Made by a program: the position numbers and the translations under genes. The notes under the pieces were generated by a model. That model made no database searches. It was not told the origin of the DNA and saw only the letters and a list, made by a program, of their open reading frames with translations. This document shows positions 50,779-59,706 of a stretch of 64,000 bases of DNA, one piece after another. This stretch comes from Candidatus Multivoradales bacterium (GTDB lineage: Bacteria > Acidobacteriota > Thermoanaerobaculia > Multivoradales > JAHEKO01), in the NCBI GenBank assembly GCA_965223855.1, contig CBDCXM010000008.1:640001-704000 (forward strand). Direction: 5' to 3'. Within the stretch, counting starts at the first letter, position 1. Each line of letters begins with the position of its first letter.

Positions 50779-51408
50779 ATGCGCCAAACCTGCAAGCAGT
50801 TGATCGTCCTCGCTGCGGTACTCGCGAGCACGACGGCAGCCGATGCCGACTGGAAGTTGCGGTTGGCCGGTGAGGGCTTGTTTCCCTCAGGAACTGCCAC
50901 GGTCGAAGATTCTCCCGGTCTCCTCGTCATCGAGCCCCAAGATTCCACCGGTTTCGCCATCGAGGCCGAGATCGACCTTCCGGGGCGTTGGGGCCTTGCC
51001 GCCGGCCTCGGCTCCTCCACAGCGGAGATCTCCGTCTCGTTCCTGCCACCCGTCCCGAACATCGACAGTCCCGTGACCGCAAGCGACACCCTTGTCCAGG
51101 CTTGGATCGGGCCCCGCTGGTACCTCGTAGACAAGTCGAGCGCCCAGATCGCCCTGGGTTTTGGCGCCCACTACCTGGACGCGTTCGCCTTCGACTTCCC
51201 TGCCTTGGGAACCACGGCGGAAGTCGGGGACGAAGTCGCTCTGGGATGGATCATCTCCGGAGACTTCGGAGGGAATCGAACTCCCTGGTTCGGCCACGCC
51301 TCGATCGGTTACATAGATTCTTCGTTCGAAATAAGGGAAGGCCCGGTCATCGACTTCGAGCCCACTGTGATCAGGGTCGGGCTGGGACGTCGCTTCTCCG
51401 GCAAGTAG
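50779..51408 (+). CDS. Small outer-membrane beta-barrel protein (OmpW-like)
   Basis: RBS AGGAG, signal peptide, alternating beta strands, terminal RVGLGRRF. Confidence 0.7.
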   Translation: MRQTCKQLIVLAAVLASTTAADADWKLRLAGEGLFPSGTATVEDSPGLLVIEPQDSTGFAIEAEIDLPGRWGLAAGLGSSTAEISVSFLPPVPNIDSPVTASDTLVQAWIGPRWYLVDKSSAQIALGFGAHYLDAFAFDFPALGTTAEVGDEVALGWIISGDFGGNRTPWFGHASIGYIDSSFEIREGPVIDFEPTVIRVGLGRRFSGK

Positions 51409-51586
51409 GGAAGGGCCGAGGGGCTCCGATGTGTCGGTCCGCCGCGCCCAGGCCAGGTCGGACTCACCGTCCCCCTGAGCACACGAGGTTGGGTGCTACG
51501 CCAACAGGGCATCCAGGCACGTCGCTTCGATTCTGCCCGTCGGTGAGGACTCCCAGCTCAACTCCTTCACGGAGAACATTCGGGCC

Positions 51587-51924
51587 TTGTCGTTGGTGGC
51601 AAGCACCAGGGGTTGGTTCACCGTCATTGGGTCGACCTTCGAGACCGACGGCGCGGCCTTCGGAGCTCAGGGACGAGCCCTGCACAACAGCGGTCAGCCC
51701 GTCGGACCCGAGTTCCAGGTCAAGACGCAGATTGCTCGGGGATCAGTTCGTTCCCCGGATAGCCTCCGGTCCCAGGGGGACCTTCGTCGTGTTGTGGTCC
51801 GGCGACTATTCGTTGGCGGATCCAACGGGAGGAATCCTCGGATAGCGTTTCGGGCCGTCAACCAATCTTCAGCGATGGTTTCGAGTCGGGAGATACCAGT
51901 ACCTAGCCCGGAACGGTGCGATAG
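51587..51924 (+). pseudogene. Degraded C-terminal remnant of an IFxDGFESG-tailed secreted protein
   Basis: Fragments in different frames: SGQPVGPEFQV, DQFVPRIASGPRGTFVVLWS…GILG*, then IFSDGFESGDTST* (51865-51906). Confidence 0.65.
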
Positions 51925-52275
51925 ACAGGTGAATTACGGACCTCTCAACTATCGCTGAGTCGTAGGCTTCGCTTGCCCAGATCCGCTGGTCCGTCACAGT
52001 GCCGCCCATGTCCATCACAGAAAGTCCCCGCTTGATCTGGCAGGCCGAGCGATGCGATCGACCCGGGCTAGCGGTCAGACCCCCGCGACCTCAACCAGAC
52101 AGACCGCCGGCCAGCTGGGCCCCAACGACAGCAAGGCATCGTTTGAGGTAGCGAGAGCGCCCTCACAAGCCGGGAGGACCATTGGTGCGCGCAAGCTACC
52201 TCGCAGCGGCAGAGCTTCGAAGCAACCCCAGAGCAACATGCTAACAAGCAGGGACTCGACGCGGTCTTGGGGCCA

Positions 52276-52305
52276 TGAGCGCCCAGCCAGACTCCACCCG
52301 CGCCT
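52276..52305 (+). promoter_or_regulatory. Variant putative ECF promoter
   Basis: TGAGCG-cccagccagactccacc(17)-CGCGCCT, ~30 nt upstream of serine hydrolase. Confidence 0.45.
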
Positions 52306-52334
52306 GACAAGCCAAGAAAGAGGAACTTGAGGAC

Positions 52335-54017
52335 ATGAAACTTGATAGGACGACTCCCTGTTGGATCTGGACAGCGATGCTACTCGCCGTCCCCTTTGGA
52401 GGCGTCACTGAAGAGGATCCGCGCTCATCCCTTCAGAAGGGGATCGAGCAGGCGCTAGCGCCGTGGGACAGCGACCGGACGCCTGGTGCAGCCGTGCTGG
52501 TCACTCAGGCAGGCGAGACGGTTCTCGAGTACGCGGTCGGCATGGCTGACTTGGAGCACGACGTGCCGATCACCGTCGACTCGGTGTTTCATGTCGCGTC
52601 GGACATGAAGCGCTTTACCGCAGCCTCCATATGCAGGCTCGCCGAACGAGGCAAGCTACGCTTCGACGACCTGCTGTCCGCCCACATCCCGGAGACTGCT
52701 CCGCTCGGTGAACGGATCACGCTGGATCAGTTGCTCTCGCACACGTCCGGTTTGCGGGACCAGTGGTCACTGCTGGCCATGGCTGGTTGGCGGCCGGAAG
52801 ATCTTGTCACGCACGAACAGGTACTGTCGCTCCTCTACCGCCAGGCCTCGACCAACTTTCCGCCGGGCGAAGAACAGATGTACTCAAACTCCGGGTACAC
52901 CCTCCTCGCCGAGGTCGTCTCCCGAGTGGCCGACGTTCCCTTCGCTGACTTCGTGCATCGAGAGTTCTTCGAGCCCAACGGCATGAAGCGAACGCAGGTT
53001 CGCTCCGACGTCAGGGCCATCATCAAAGACCGAGTCGAATCCTACCTTCCGAACGGCGAGGGCGGCTATCTACGCCGGCCGGTCGAGTACGAGGTTCTTG
53101 GTGCCACGGCTCTTCTGACCAGCGCGCGAGACCTTGGCCGTTGGATCGAAGGCGTCCAGGCGGGCTCTGCTCTCACATCCTTCGAGCGCCGGACAATGCT
53201 GGCCCCACGACGACTCCCCAATGGTGATCCGATGACCTACGCCTACGGTCTGTTCGAGCACGATCTGCATGGCCACTCAGCTATCGGTCATGGTGGCGCG
53301 GACGGAGGGTTCAGGAGCTACTTCCTGAGAATCCCCGACGCACAACTGGGCGTCGTCGTCCTCGCCAACACCCCCGAGATCGAGCCGAACGGACTTGCCC
53401 ACAACATCGCAATGTGGGCACTCGGGATCGGGCCCGAGGAGCCCGGCACACTGCCGGCTGACGAGGACTCCCCTCCTCCCGATCTCGATCTCCTGGTCGG
53501 TTCCTATCGAGCTCCGGCCGGTGGCTTCATGACAGTTCGGCGCTGGTTCGATCGACTGCGCCTTTGGGAGTCGCCCGAAGCCTTCGCAGACTTCACCTGG
53601 AACGGGAGCACCGGAGCTTTCGCAGACGAACTCGGCCGCTCGCTTCAGTGCGACGGGAAGAGCTGCACACTGCGTTCCCGTAGCTCCGTCTGGCACGGTG
53701 AACGTGTACCGATCCCTGAGATCGGCCAGCTTGGCGAGTTCGAGGGAAGCTACCGCAGCTCGGAGCTCGAGGCGACCTACAAAGTGTCAAGGGTCGGCGA
53801 GGATCTCGTCGCCCGCGGCGAGCGGGGAACGTATCTGGTCTTGAGCTCAAGTGGCCGGGATTTCTTCGATGGCTCCGAGTGGTACGGCAGGGAGATGCGA
53901 TTCGTTCGAGGCCCCAGTGGCGCGATTCGCGGCTTCATGCTGTCGTCGTCAAGGGCCTTTGACGTGTTCTTCGAGCGCGAGGCCACCCCCAGCTCAGGCG
54001 TCGAGAGCACTCACTAG
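52335..54017 (+). CDS. Secreted serine hydrolase (beta-lactamase/D-aminopeptidase-like) with C-terminal beta domains
   Basis: Signal peptide; SDMK, LLSHTSG, YSN and HGG motifs. Confidence 0.88.
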   Translation: MKLDRTTPCWIWTAMLLAVPFGGVTEEDPRSSLQKGIEQALAPWDSDRTPGAAVLVTQAGETVLEYAVGMADLEHDVPITVDSVFHVASDMKRFTAASICRLAERGKLRFDDLLSAHIPETAPLGERITLDQLLSHTSGLRDQWSLLAMAGWRPEDLVTHEQVLSLLYRQASTNFPPGEEQMYSNSGYTLLAEVVSRVADVPFADFVHREFFEPNGMKRTQVRSDVRAIIKDRVESYLPNGEGGYLRRPVEYEVLGATALLTSARDLGRWIEGVQAGSALTSFERRTMLAPRRLPNGDPMTYAYGLFEHDLHGHSAIGHGGADGGFRSYFLRIPDAQLGVVVLANTPEIEPNGLAHNIAMWALGIGPEEPGTLPADEDSPPPDLDLLVGSYRAPAGGFMTVRRWFDRLRLWESPEAFADFTWNGSTGAFADELGRSLQCDGKSCTLRSRSSVWHGERVPIPEIGQLGEFEGSYRSSELEATYKVSRVGEDLVARGERGTYLVLSSSGRDFFDGSEWYGREMRFVRGPSGAIRGFMLSSSRAFDVFFEREATPSSGVESTH

Positions 54018-54039
54018 ATGTCGAGTCTCGAGGCGTTGT

Positions 54040-54410
54040 TCGTGTTCCGTCGAGACAGCCGCCGGAGCGGCGCTGGTCTTTGGCTTCCCTGGTGCATTCG
54101 ATGTTCATTGTCGAAATGCAGTGCTCGAGCACGAGAAGATTCCGGGATTGCAGGCAGCTCGGGGCGATAGCACGATCCGTTGTCGGTCAGCGAACCCTGG
54201 ATGTGGGCGCCGTGGCCTTCTCGAGCAAAGCCGCTGCGGTCTCGGTACGCGGTCGCGAACGGCTTCCACGTAGGCCGGGCATGACCGTCGCCGATGGCGA
54301 AGTGGACAAGCTCTCTGTCGGCGCCAAGTCCGGTGGCGTCCTCAGCGCCCCTTCCGACACTTTCCACCTCGAGACCAGGCACTCCAGGAGTGTCTCGCGT
54401 CGAGCCTGGC
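54040..54410 (-). mobile_element. Degenerate IS481-family (rve integrase) transposase remnant
   Basis: Frame-shifted fragments RELVHFAIGD, ETAAALLEKA, LTDNGSCYR and HFDNEHRMHQG resemble IS481 motifs FVHVAIDD, ETAAAFL, TDNGSCY and YNxxRPH. Confidence 0.6.
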
Positions 54411-54441
54411 AAGGGCGCCGGACGGATCCGTGGAGAACAGT

Positions 54442-54455
54442 CGTCAGGAGGCCCA
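54442..54455 (-). repeat. 14-bp element TGGGCCTCCTGACG downstream of peptide cassette A
   Basis: Identical to 59693-59706 downstream of cassette B, at a similar distance (~36-38 nt) from the last peptide stop. Confidence 0.7.
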
Positions 54456-54491
54456 ACACATGTTGAATCCCGGAGCTGTTGGCTCCGGCTA

Positions 54492-54542
54492 CTACTCGAA
54501 CCAGGGATTGCCGCCAGCGACCAGGTTGGTTCTCACCTTCAG
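54492..54542 (-). CDS. Small peptide P3 (M/L)KVRTNLVAGGNPWFE, CTG start
   Basis: RBS-like AAAGGGGGTG 7 nt before CTG, the same spacing as P2; homologous to the other four peptides; double TAG stop. Confidence 0.65.
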   Translation of the reverse strand: MKVRTNLVAGGNPWFE

Positions 54543-54622
54543 GGCTCATCACCCCCTTTCCGAAGCATTGGGTTGAGGATGTCTACGACCGGTTCCATGC
54601 TAGGAAGTGCTAGTTGCGGTCA

Positions 54623-54673
54623 CTACTCGAACCACGGGTTCGCACCGACGACGACTTGGGTTCTCGCCTTCAC
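54623..54673 (-). CDS. Small peptide P2 MKARTQVVVGANPWFE
   Basis: RBS AAGGAAGGGGGTG + GTG start; paralog of P3 and P5. Confidence 0.78.
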   Translation of the reverse strand: MKARTQVVVGANPWFE

Positions 54674-54773
54674 AGCGCACCACCCCCTTCCTTGGGTAGT
54701 TGAGAGGATTCTCGATCGCCACGCTGAGCTTCGCGTAATGCTGGTCTCTCCGAAAGCGCCGTGGAGCCTGACG

Positions 54774-54830
54774 CTACTCGAGGATGTGGGCTGTCGACTG
54801 ACCAGCCTTGACGTTGGTCTTGACCTTCAT
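54774..54830 (-). CDS. Small peptide P1 MKVKTNVKAGQSTAHILE
   Basis: RBS AAGGAGG + ATG; paralog of P4; ~60 nt downstream of conserved promoter. Confidence 0.82.
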   Translation of the reverse strand: MKVKTNVKAGQSTAHILE

Positions 54831-54889
54831 CGTCTGCCTCCTTGCAGAGTTGAGTGGGTACGCGATCGTTGGGCGCTCCTGACAATCAG

Positions 54890-54919
54890 GTACGCGGCGT
54901 CGACTCCCGGGTGGACTCA
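54890..54919 (-). promoter_or_regulatory. Putative ECF promoter of peptide cassette A
   Basis: TGAGTC-cacccgggagtcgacgc(17)-CGCGTAC. Confidence 0.7.
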
Positions 54920-55139
54920 CGGCGCAGCCCCCCGCCTCCTGCTCACCAAGGGGCACCTGCCACCGCCAGAGGAAACTCTTCGAAGTCGGCCCGCGTCGGC
55001 ATCCTTCGAGGCTGCCGGCGTGCCAATGGGGCCCTCCGCGACTGGCGCTCTCGAGCGGTCATCTCCACACTACCCGCCCTTGCTGGGCAAGAAGCTGCGG
55101 AGACAGCAAGCCTGCGAGCAAGACAACCGAGAAAGCGGA

Positions 55140-55766
55140 CTACTCGGTTCCGGGCGGCTCGTCCGCCAGCGCCGTCAGCAGCCAGGCCTTTGCAAGACGC
55201 CAACGCCTGAAGGCGGAGGATCGCGAAAGACCAAGAACCTCACCAGCCTCGGCAATGGACAGGCCCACAAAGTAGCGCAGTTCCACCAGTCGCGCCAGGA
55301 CCGGATCGTTCTCTGCGAGCCTTTCCAGCGCGCGATCGACGTCAACGAGAATCTCCGGCTCGTAGGCTTCCAAGGCCGCTGCCGCCTCCATCGGCACTCG
55401 GCGCCATCCGTCTCCCCTCTTGCGACACGCCCGCTTACGAGCGTGATCGACGAGGACTCGACGCATGATCATGGCGGCGACGGTGTAGAAGTGAGCGCGG
55501 TTGGTCCATCTCACCGACCGCTGCCGCGACAACCGGAGGTATGCCTCGTTGACGAGAGCGGTGGGGGCCAGGGTGTGGTCCACCCGCTCCGAGCGAAGCT
55601 GGGAGGCCGCTATCCGCCGCAGTCGCCCCACCACGAGACTGAAGAGGGCGTCACGGGCGTCGAGGCTTCCCGACCTCCAGAGGTTGAGAAGCTTGGTGAT
55701 GTCCTGGCCGGCCTCCACCGGCGGAGTCTCTAGGTCTGAAGCGAGACCTTGACTCGGATGCACCAT
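55140..55766 (-). CDS. ECF sigma factor, TIGR02999/ECF43-like kinase-activated type (start uncertain)
   Basis: DITKLL…LRRIA…HTLAPTALVNEAYLRL…RAHF…MRRVLVDHAR…VELRYFVGLS…WRLAKAWL. Confidence 0.9.
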   Translation of the reverse strand: MVHPSQGLASDLETPPVEAGQDITKLLNLWRSGSLDARDALFSLVVGRLRRIAASQLRSERVDHTLAPTALVNEAYLRLSRQRSVRWTNRAHFYTVAAMIMRRVLVDHARKRACRKRGDGWRRVPMEAAAALEAYEPEILVDVDRALERLAENDPVLARLVELRYFVGLSIAEAGEVLGLSRSSAFRRWRLAKAWLLTALADEPPGTE

Positions 55767-55875
55767 GACAAGAAAGCTAGTCGAGCCCGCTTGACCTGTC
55801 AACGAAGTGGACCGCCCTTGCCCGAGGGAACACTCGGTGGAGCACCGTCCCAAGACGCCGAAGATTCGGAGTGCC

Positions 55876-58800
55876 CTAGTCCGGCTCGAGATCCGAAAGC
55901 CTCGAATCGGCGACTCCTCGATCGAGAATCGCCCTAGCCAGAAGCCAGGCTTCGTCGCTCCTGCCCGCCCGCGCCAAAGCAAGAGCCCGAACGCGGTCAG
56001 CTTCAAGACCGGTGGCACCGCTGGTCTGCAGGAATCCGAGAGCAGATTCGGACCGACGCTCCGGGTCCGTCCATTCTGAATCGGGATCCTCCAGGTCGGT
56101 GGCCAGGATGTGGGCTGCCGCCAATTGAACCGCTAGCTCGATGGGCAAAGCTTCCACTTCCTGGCCCTCGATCACGGGGCGGAGTATTGCTGCTGCCTCC
56201 GCAGATCGACCAAGGCTCAAGTTCACTCGTGCCCAGTCGACCTTGCTCTGAACCACTTCGCCGTTGAGGTCCTCGAGAGCCGCGGATCGGATCTCCAGAG
56301 CTCTCCGCAAGAGCGGTTCAGCTTCACGACCGCGACCATCTGCGAGTCTTGCCATCCCACCCGTTCGGAGCGCATACGCCAGGTCCGGATGATCGGGTGC
56401 GGCCTTGGCCAGGACAACAGCAGCCTCTTCCGCCAGCTGTACAGCCTCCTTCCAGCGGCCTGACAAGAACTCAAGGTCTGCGATCGCTGCCCATGTCATG
56501 GCCGACCGCGGATGAGCGTGGCCGAGGAGGGAGATTCGGAGATCCAAGGCCTTCTCGAGGTTGGGGCGCGCCGCCTCGAGAAGACCCTCTTCCAGCTGAA
56601 GGGTGCCGAGGTTGTGGAGGGCAGAGGCGACTGATTCGCTTCCTACACCCAATGTGGTCTCATAAGTCCTGATCGCCCGCTGATAGAACTCGGTCGCTTC
56701 GGTGTGCCGACCCTGAAGATCGAGCAGCACGGCCAGGTTGTGAAGCTGATCCCCCAGCCGAGGGCTCTCGCCAACCTCTCTGTCGACGATCTCGAGAGAT
56801 CGCCTGAACAAGGGCTCCGCCCGATCGAGCTGACCTCGACTGGCGAAGACCTTCGCCAGATGATCGAGACCCACGGCAAGTTCGTAGCTGTCCTCGCCGA
56901 TCTTGGTTTCGAGAATCTCAACCGCTCGAGAGAGCTCTTGTTCTGCTGCACCGAACTCGCCAAGCAGCCTCAGTGACGTACCGAGTACGAGGCGCGCTCT
57001 GCCAACCAGCAGGTGGTCGTGCGGTAGGAGATCGACTCGAATCGAGACGCAGTCTTCAAAGAGGCCCTTGGCTTCCAGATACTCACCTCTTTGAACCTCG
57101 GTCTCGCCGAGCGCGAAGAGTGCATCCGCAAGTTCGAGGCTGTGTTCACCGGCAATCTGTCTTCTGGCCTCCAAGGCGCTCAGGTGCAACGCGTGGGCCT
57201 CGGCGAGGTTACCCTCTGCTGCTTCGACCCTTCCAAGGACCAACTGGAGGTCAGCGATCATGAGAGCTTCGTCGCTTCCGGACGCTTCCACCAACTGGAA
57301 GGAACGCTCGAGCTGCTCCCTGGCTTGGGCAAGGCGGCCCACGGTGCGGTCCAGCTCCGCCATCCATCGCAGCGCATCGACAAGCGCCCCTACAGAGCCG
57401 CGCTCCTCGAATGCGGCCACCGACCGGCTGAGGAAGCGTCGTGCTTCCTCGTATTCGCCCAGCCCCACGAAAGCTCGACCCAGGGCGAGCGACAGATCCG
57501 CAGCCAATTCCGCCGGCAGCTCGTCGAGTTGCGACTCGAGCTTCGATGCCCCGGCCTCTACGATCTCCTGGGCGCTCACGCCCTCTCCGAGTGGAGACAC
57601 CGGATCGGCCCGGGCGATCAGTGACACGACGTAGTCTGTCGAAGCCCGAGCACGCTTCGTCTGCGCGGCTGCCTCGTCGAGAGCCCGCGCCTTCCGCTGT
57701 ACTTCGAGGAGTAGCAGCGGGACGAAGAGCAGAACGGAGAGGGCAAGTCCGGCGACCAGCACCGAAGCGACGGGGTGGGCGCGCGCACTCCGCGAGACGA
57801 CGTAGATCAGCGAGCGACGGCGGGTGCGCAGAGGCAGACCGTTGAGGAATCTCGAGATGTCCGCGGCAAGCGCCTCCGCCGACGGGTAGCGCGCTCCAGG
57901 GGCCGGTTCTGTTGCCGCCAGCACGATGGTGTCGACGTCTCCCCTGAGCTGGCGAACGAGACGTCGTCGTCCTACCCCGCACTTCGGAAGGTCCACCGCA
58001 CTCTCGGAGGCAACGGAGTCGCTGGGTCGTGAGAGGCGGGCTTCGCCCGACCCTCGGTGCCCTCTGGCCTGCCCCGTGACCAGGTGATGTAGCAAGACAC
58101 CCAGGGAGAAGACATCGCTTGCTGTAGTTGAAGCTTCGCCTCTGAGCTGCTCTGGACTCGCATACTCCGGTGTCATCCGAGCTTCGCCCGTCTGCGTCGG
58201 CTCTACGTCGGGCTCGAGCCGCTTCGCGATGCCGAAATCGAGGAGCTTCGGACTCCCCTCGCGGGTGACGAGTACATTGCTCGGTTTGATATCGCGATGG
58301 ATTACCAGGTTCTGATGGCTGTGGTGGACAGCCCGACAGACAGGCTCGACGAGTCGTAGCCGCTCCTCGACAGTGAGGCCTTTCAACTCGCAGTAGTCAT
58401 CGATCGGTATGCCATCGACCAGTTCCATCACGAGATAGGGCCGGCCGTCGGAGAGTTCCCCGGCGGCCAACATCTTGGCGATGTGGGGGTGCTCGAGACG
58501 CCCGAGGATCTCCTGCTCGTCGAGGAAACGACGCCTGGCGCCCTCGGCCTCCAGCGGGAGGTCGAGAATCTTGATAGCTACCAGGCCATGCGCACCTCGG
58601 GCGGCGTAGACCACCCCCATGCCACCCCTGCCGATCTCACCTTCAACTTGGTAGCCCGCCACTTCGGTTGGGGCAGCCTTCGCCGTGGCCGCCTCTTCGG
58701 CCGAGCCCTCGAGCCACCCGACTGCTCTCTCCGCTGTGCTGACCAGAGCGCGAACTTCGGCGAGGAGCGCGACATCGTCAGCACACTGGTCAACCAGGAA

Positions 58801-58881
58801 CTCATCTCTCTCCGATGCCGGTAGGTCCAGCGCCGCCTGGAAAAGCTCCTCGAGCTGACGCCAACTGCTGTCGAGAGGCAC
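55876..58881 (-). CDS. Membrane Hanks-type Ser/Thr kinase with C-terminal TPR array
   Basis: GRGGMGVVY, VAIK, HRDIKPSN, DFG, TPEYASPE; TM HPVASVLVAGLALSVLLFV; ~10 TPR_10/12-type repeats. Confidence 0.92.
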   Translation of the reverse strand: MPLDSSWRQLEELFQAALDLPASERDEFLVDQCADDVALLAEVRALVSTAERAVGWLEGSAEEAATAKAAPTEVAGYQVEGEIGRGGMGVVYAARGAHGLVAIKILDLPLEAEGARRRFLDEQEILGRLEHPHIAKMLAAGELSDGRPYLVMELVDGIPIDDYCELKGLTVEERLRLVEPVCRAVHHSHQNLVIHRDIKPSNVLVTREGSPKLLDFGIAKRLEPDVEPTQTGEARMTPEYASPEQLRGEASTTASDVFSLGVLLHHLVTGQARGHRGSGEARLSRPSDSVASESAVDLPKCGVGRRRLVRQLRGDVDTIVLAATEPAPGARYPSAEALAADISRFLNGLPLRTRRRSLIYVVSRSARAHPVASVLVAGLALSVLLFVPLLLLEVQRKARALDEAAAQTKRARASTDYVVSLIARADPVSPLGEGVSAQEIVEAGASKLESQLDELPAELAADLSLALGRAFVGLGEYEEARRFLSRSVAAFEERGSVGALVDALRWMAELDRTVGRLAQAREQLERSFQLVEASGSDEALMIADLQLVLGRVEAAEGNLAEAHALHLSALEARRQIAGEHSLELADALFALGETEVQRGEYLEAKGLFEDCVSIRVDLLPHDHLLVGRARLVLGTSLRLLGEFGAAEQELSRAVEILETKIGEDSYELAVGLDHLAKVFASRGQLDRAEPLFRRSLEIVDREVGESPRLGDQLHNLAVLLDLQGRHTEATEFYQRAIRTYETTLGVGSESVASALHNLGTLQLEEGLLEAARPNLEKALDLRISLLGHAHPRSAMTWAAIADLEFLSGRWKEAVQLAEEAAVVLAKAAPDHPDLAYALRTGGMARLADGRGREAEPLLRRALEIRSAALEDLNGEVVQSKVDWARVNLSLGRSAEAAAILRPVIEGQEVEALPIELAVQLAAAHILATDLEDPDSEWTDPERRSESALGFLQTSGATGLEADRVRALALARAGRSDEAWLLARAILDRGVADSRLSDLEPD

Positions 58882-59369
58882 GAACTAGCTCCCGCCCGTT
58901 GAGGATCTGGTGCCGACACACAGGGACGGGTGGAAGACTCGCAGCCTCACCTGCTTCACACGCAGGAGGACGGCGACCGCAGGATCGGGTACCGAAAGAT
59001 CAGCCCAGGGGCGTTTCTCGGACATCAGTTTCGATCCGGTCATGGCCATAATGCTGGTTCTGAACGCGGAGCCGGGGCCATCAACTGTACCCCCTCCAAT
59101 CGTTCTCCCTACTCCAGTAAGCGCGAAGTGGGGAGTTTCGGCTCGGCCTGCGACTGGGCTGGAGGTCTTCAGGCAGCAGAATGTGACGGAGCTGCGCCGT
59201 CCGCCTCATTTCGACCGGTTCTGCGTCCCTGGGCCGCCGCCTGGTGGCGGACACCCTCAAACTCCCGGGGACGGCCAGGCTGGCTCGACAGCGAGGCGAG
59301 GCTCCTGGCCGCTCGAAGTCGGGTTCTTCTACCCGATGATCAGCTGCGCAGGGCTAGCCCCTTCTGTCA

Positions 59370-59399
59370 CGAGTCATCCGCAGCCTCGAGGCCGCGTCC
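59370..59399 (+). promoter_or_regulatory. Putative ECF promoter of peptide cassette B
   Basis: CGAGTC-atccgcagcctcgaggc(17)-CGCGTCC; downstream leader similar to cassette A (TGTC.GGAG.GCCCA). Confidence 0.7.
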
Positions 59400-59458
59400 T
59401 TGGTGTCGGGAGTGCCCAGCCCTCGATCTGAAGTTCTACCTGTGAAGGGAGGCCGTTA

Positions 59459-59515
59459 ATGAGAGTCAGAACCAACCTGCCGGCTGGCGAGTCCACAGTC
59501 GCCATCCTCGGCTAG
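59459..59515 (+). CDS. Small peptide P4 MRVRTNLPAGESTVAILG
   Basis: RBS AAGGGAGG + ATG; same length (18 aa) and position as P1. Confidence 0.78.
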   Translation: MRVRTNLPAGESTVAILG

Positions 59516-59603
59516 AACCAACGCCTCGGCGCTCTCGAGGTCGAGGCCTCGAAGAGAACTCAAACCCTCCCCAGCCCTCCATCCATAGAAAGGAGGTGAG
59601 ATC

Positions 59604-59654
59604 GTGAAGGCAAGAACCAACGTAGTCGCCGGCGCCAGTCCATGGCTTGAGTAG
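59604..59654 (+). CDS. Small peptide P5 MKARTNVVAGASPWLE
   Basis: RBS AAAGGAGGTGA + GTG; 16 aa like P2 and P3. Confidence 0.8.
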   Translation: MKARTNVVAGASPWLE

Positions 59655-59692
59655 GTGCCGGTCGAAACTCACTCCGGAGTGGATTGACGGGC

Positions 59693-59706
59693 TGGGCCTC
59701 CTGACG
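59693..59706 (+). repeat. 14-bp element TGGGCCTCCTGACG downstream of peptide cassette B
   Basis: Identical copy at 54442-54455 on the minus strand. Confidence 0.7.

Noticed and set aside
32799-54017. Antibiotic-resistance interpretation of the three beta-lactamase-fold genes
   Set aside because: SxxK/YxN/HxG motifs fit general serine hydrolases or peptidases; they lack the KTG of true AmpC enzymes.
54440-54930. Peptide repeats as a CRISPR array or non-coding repeat
   Set aside because: Units are diverged at the DNA level, conserved as RBS + ORF, irregularly spaced, and there are no cas genes.
58900-59360. ORFs 58910-59431 and 58930-59445, and a possible autoregulatory promoter (CGCGTTC near 59065, minus strand)
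   Set aside because: No recognisable protein features; the -35 YGAG is absent at the required spacing.
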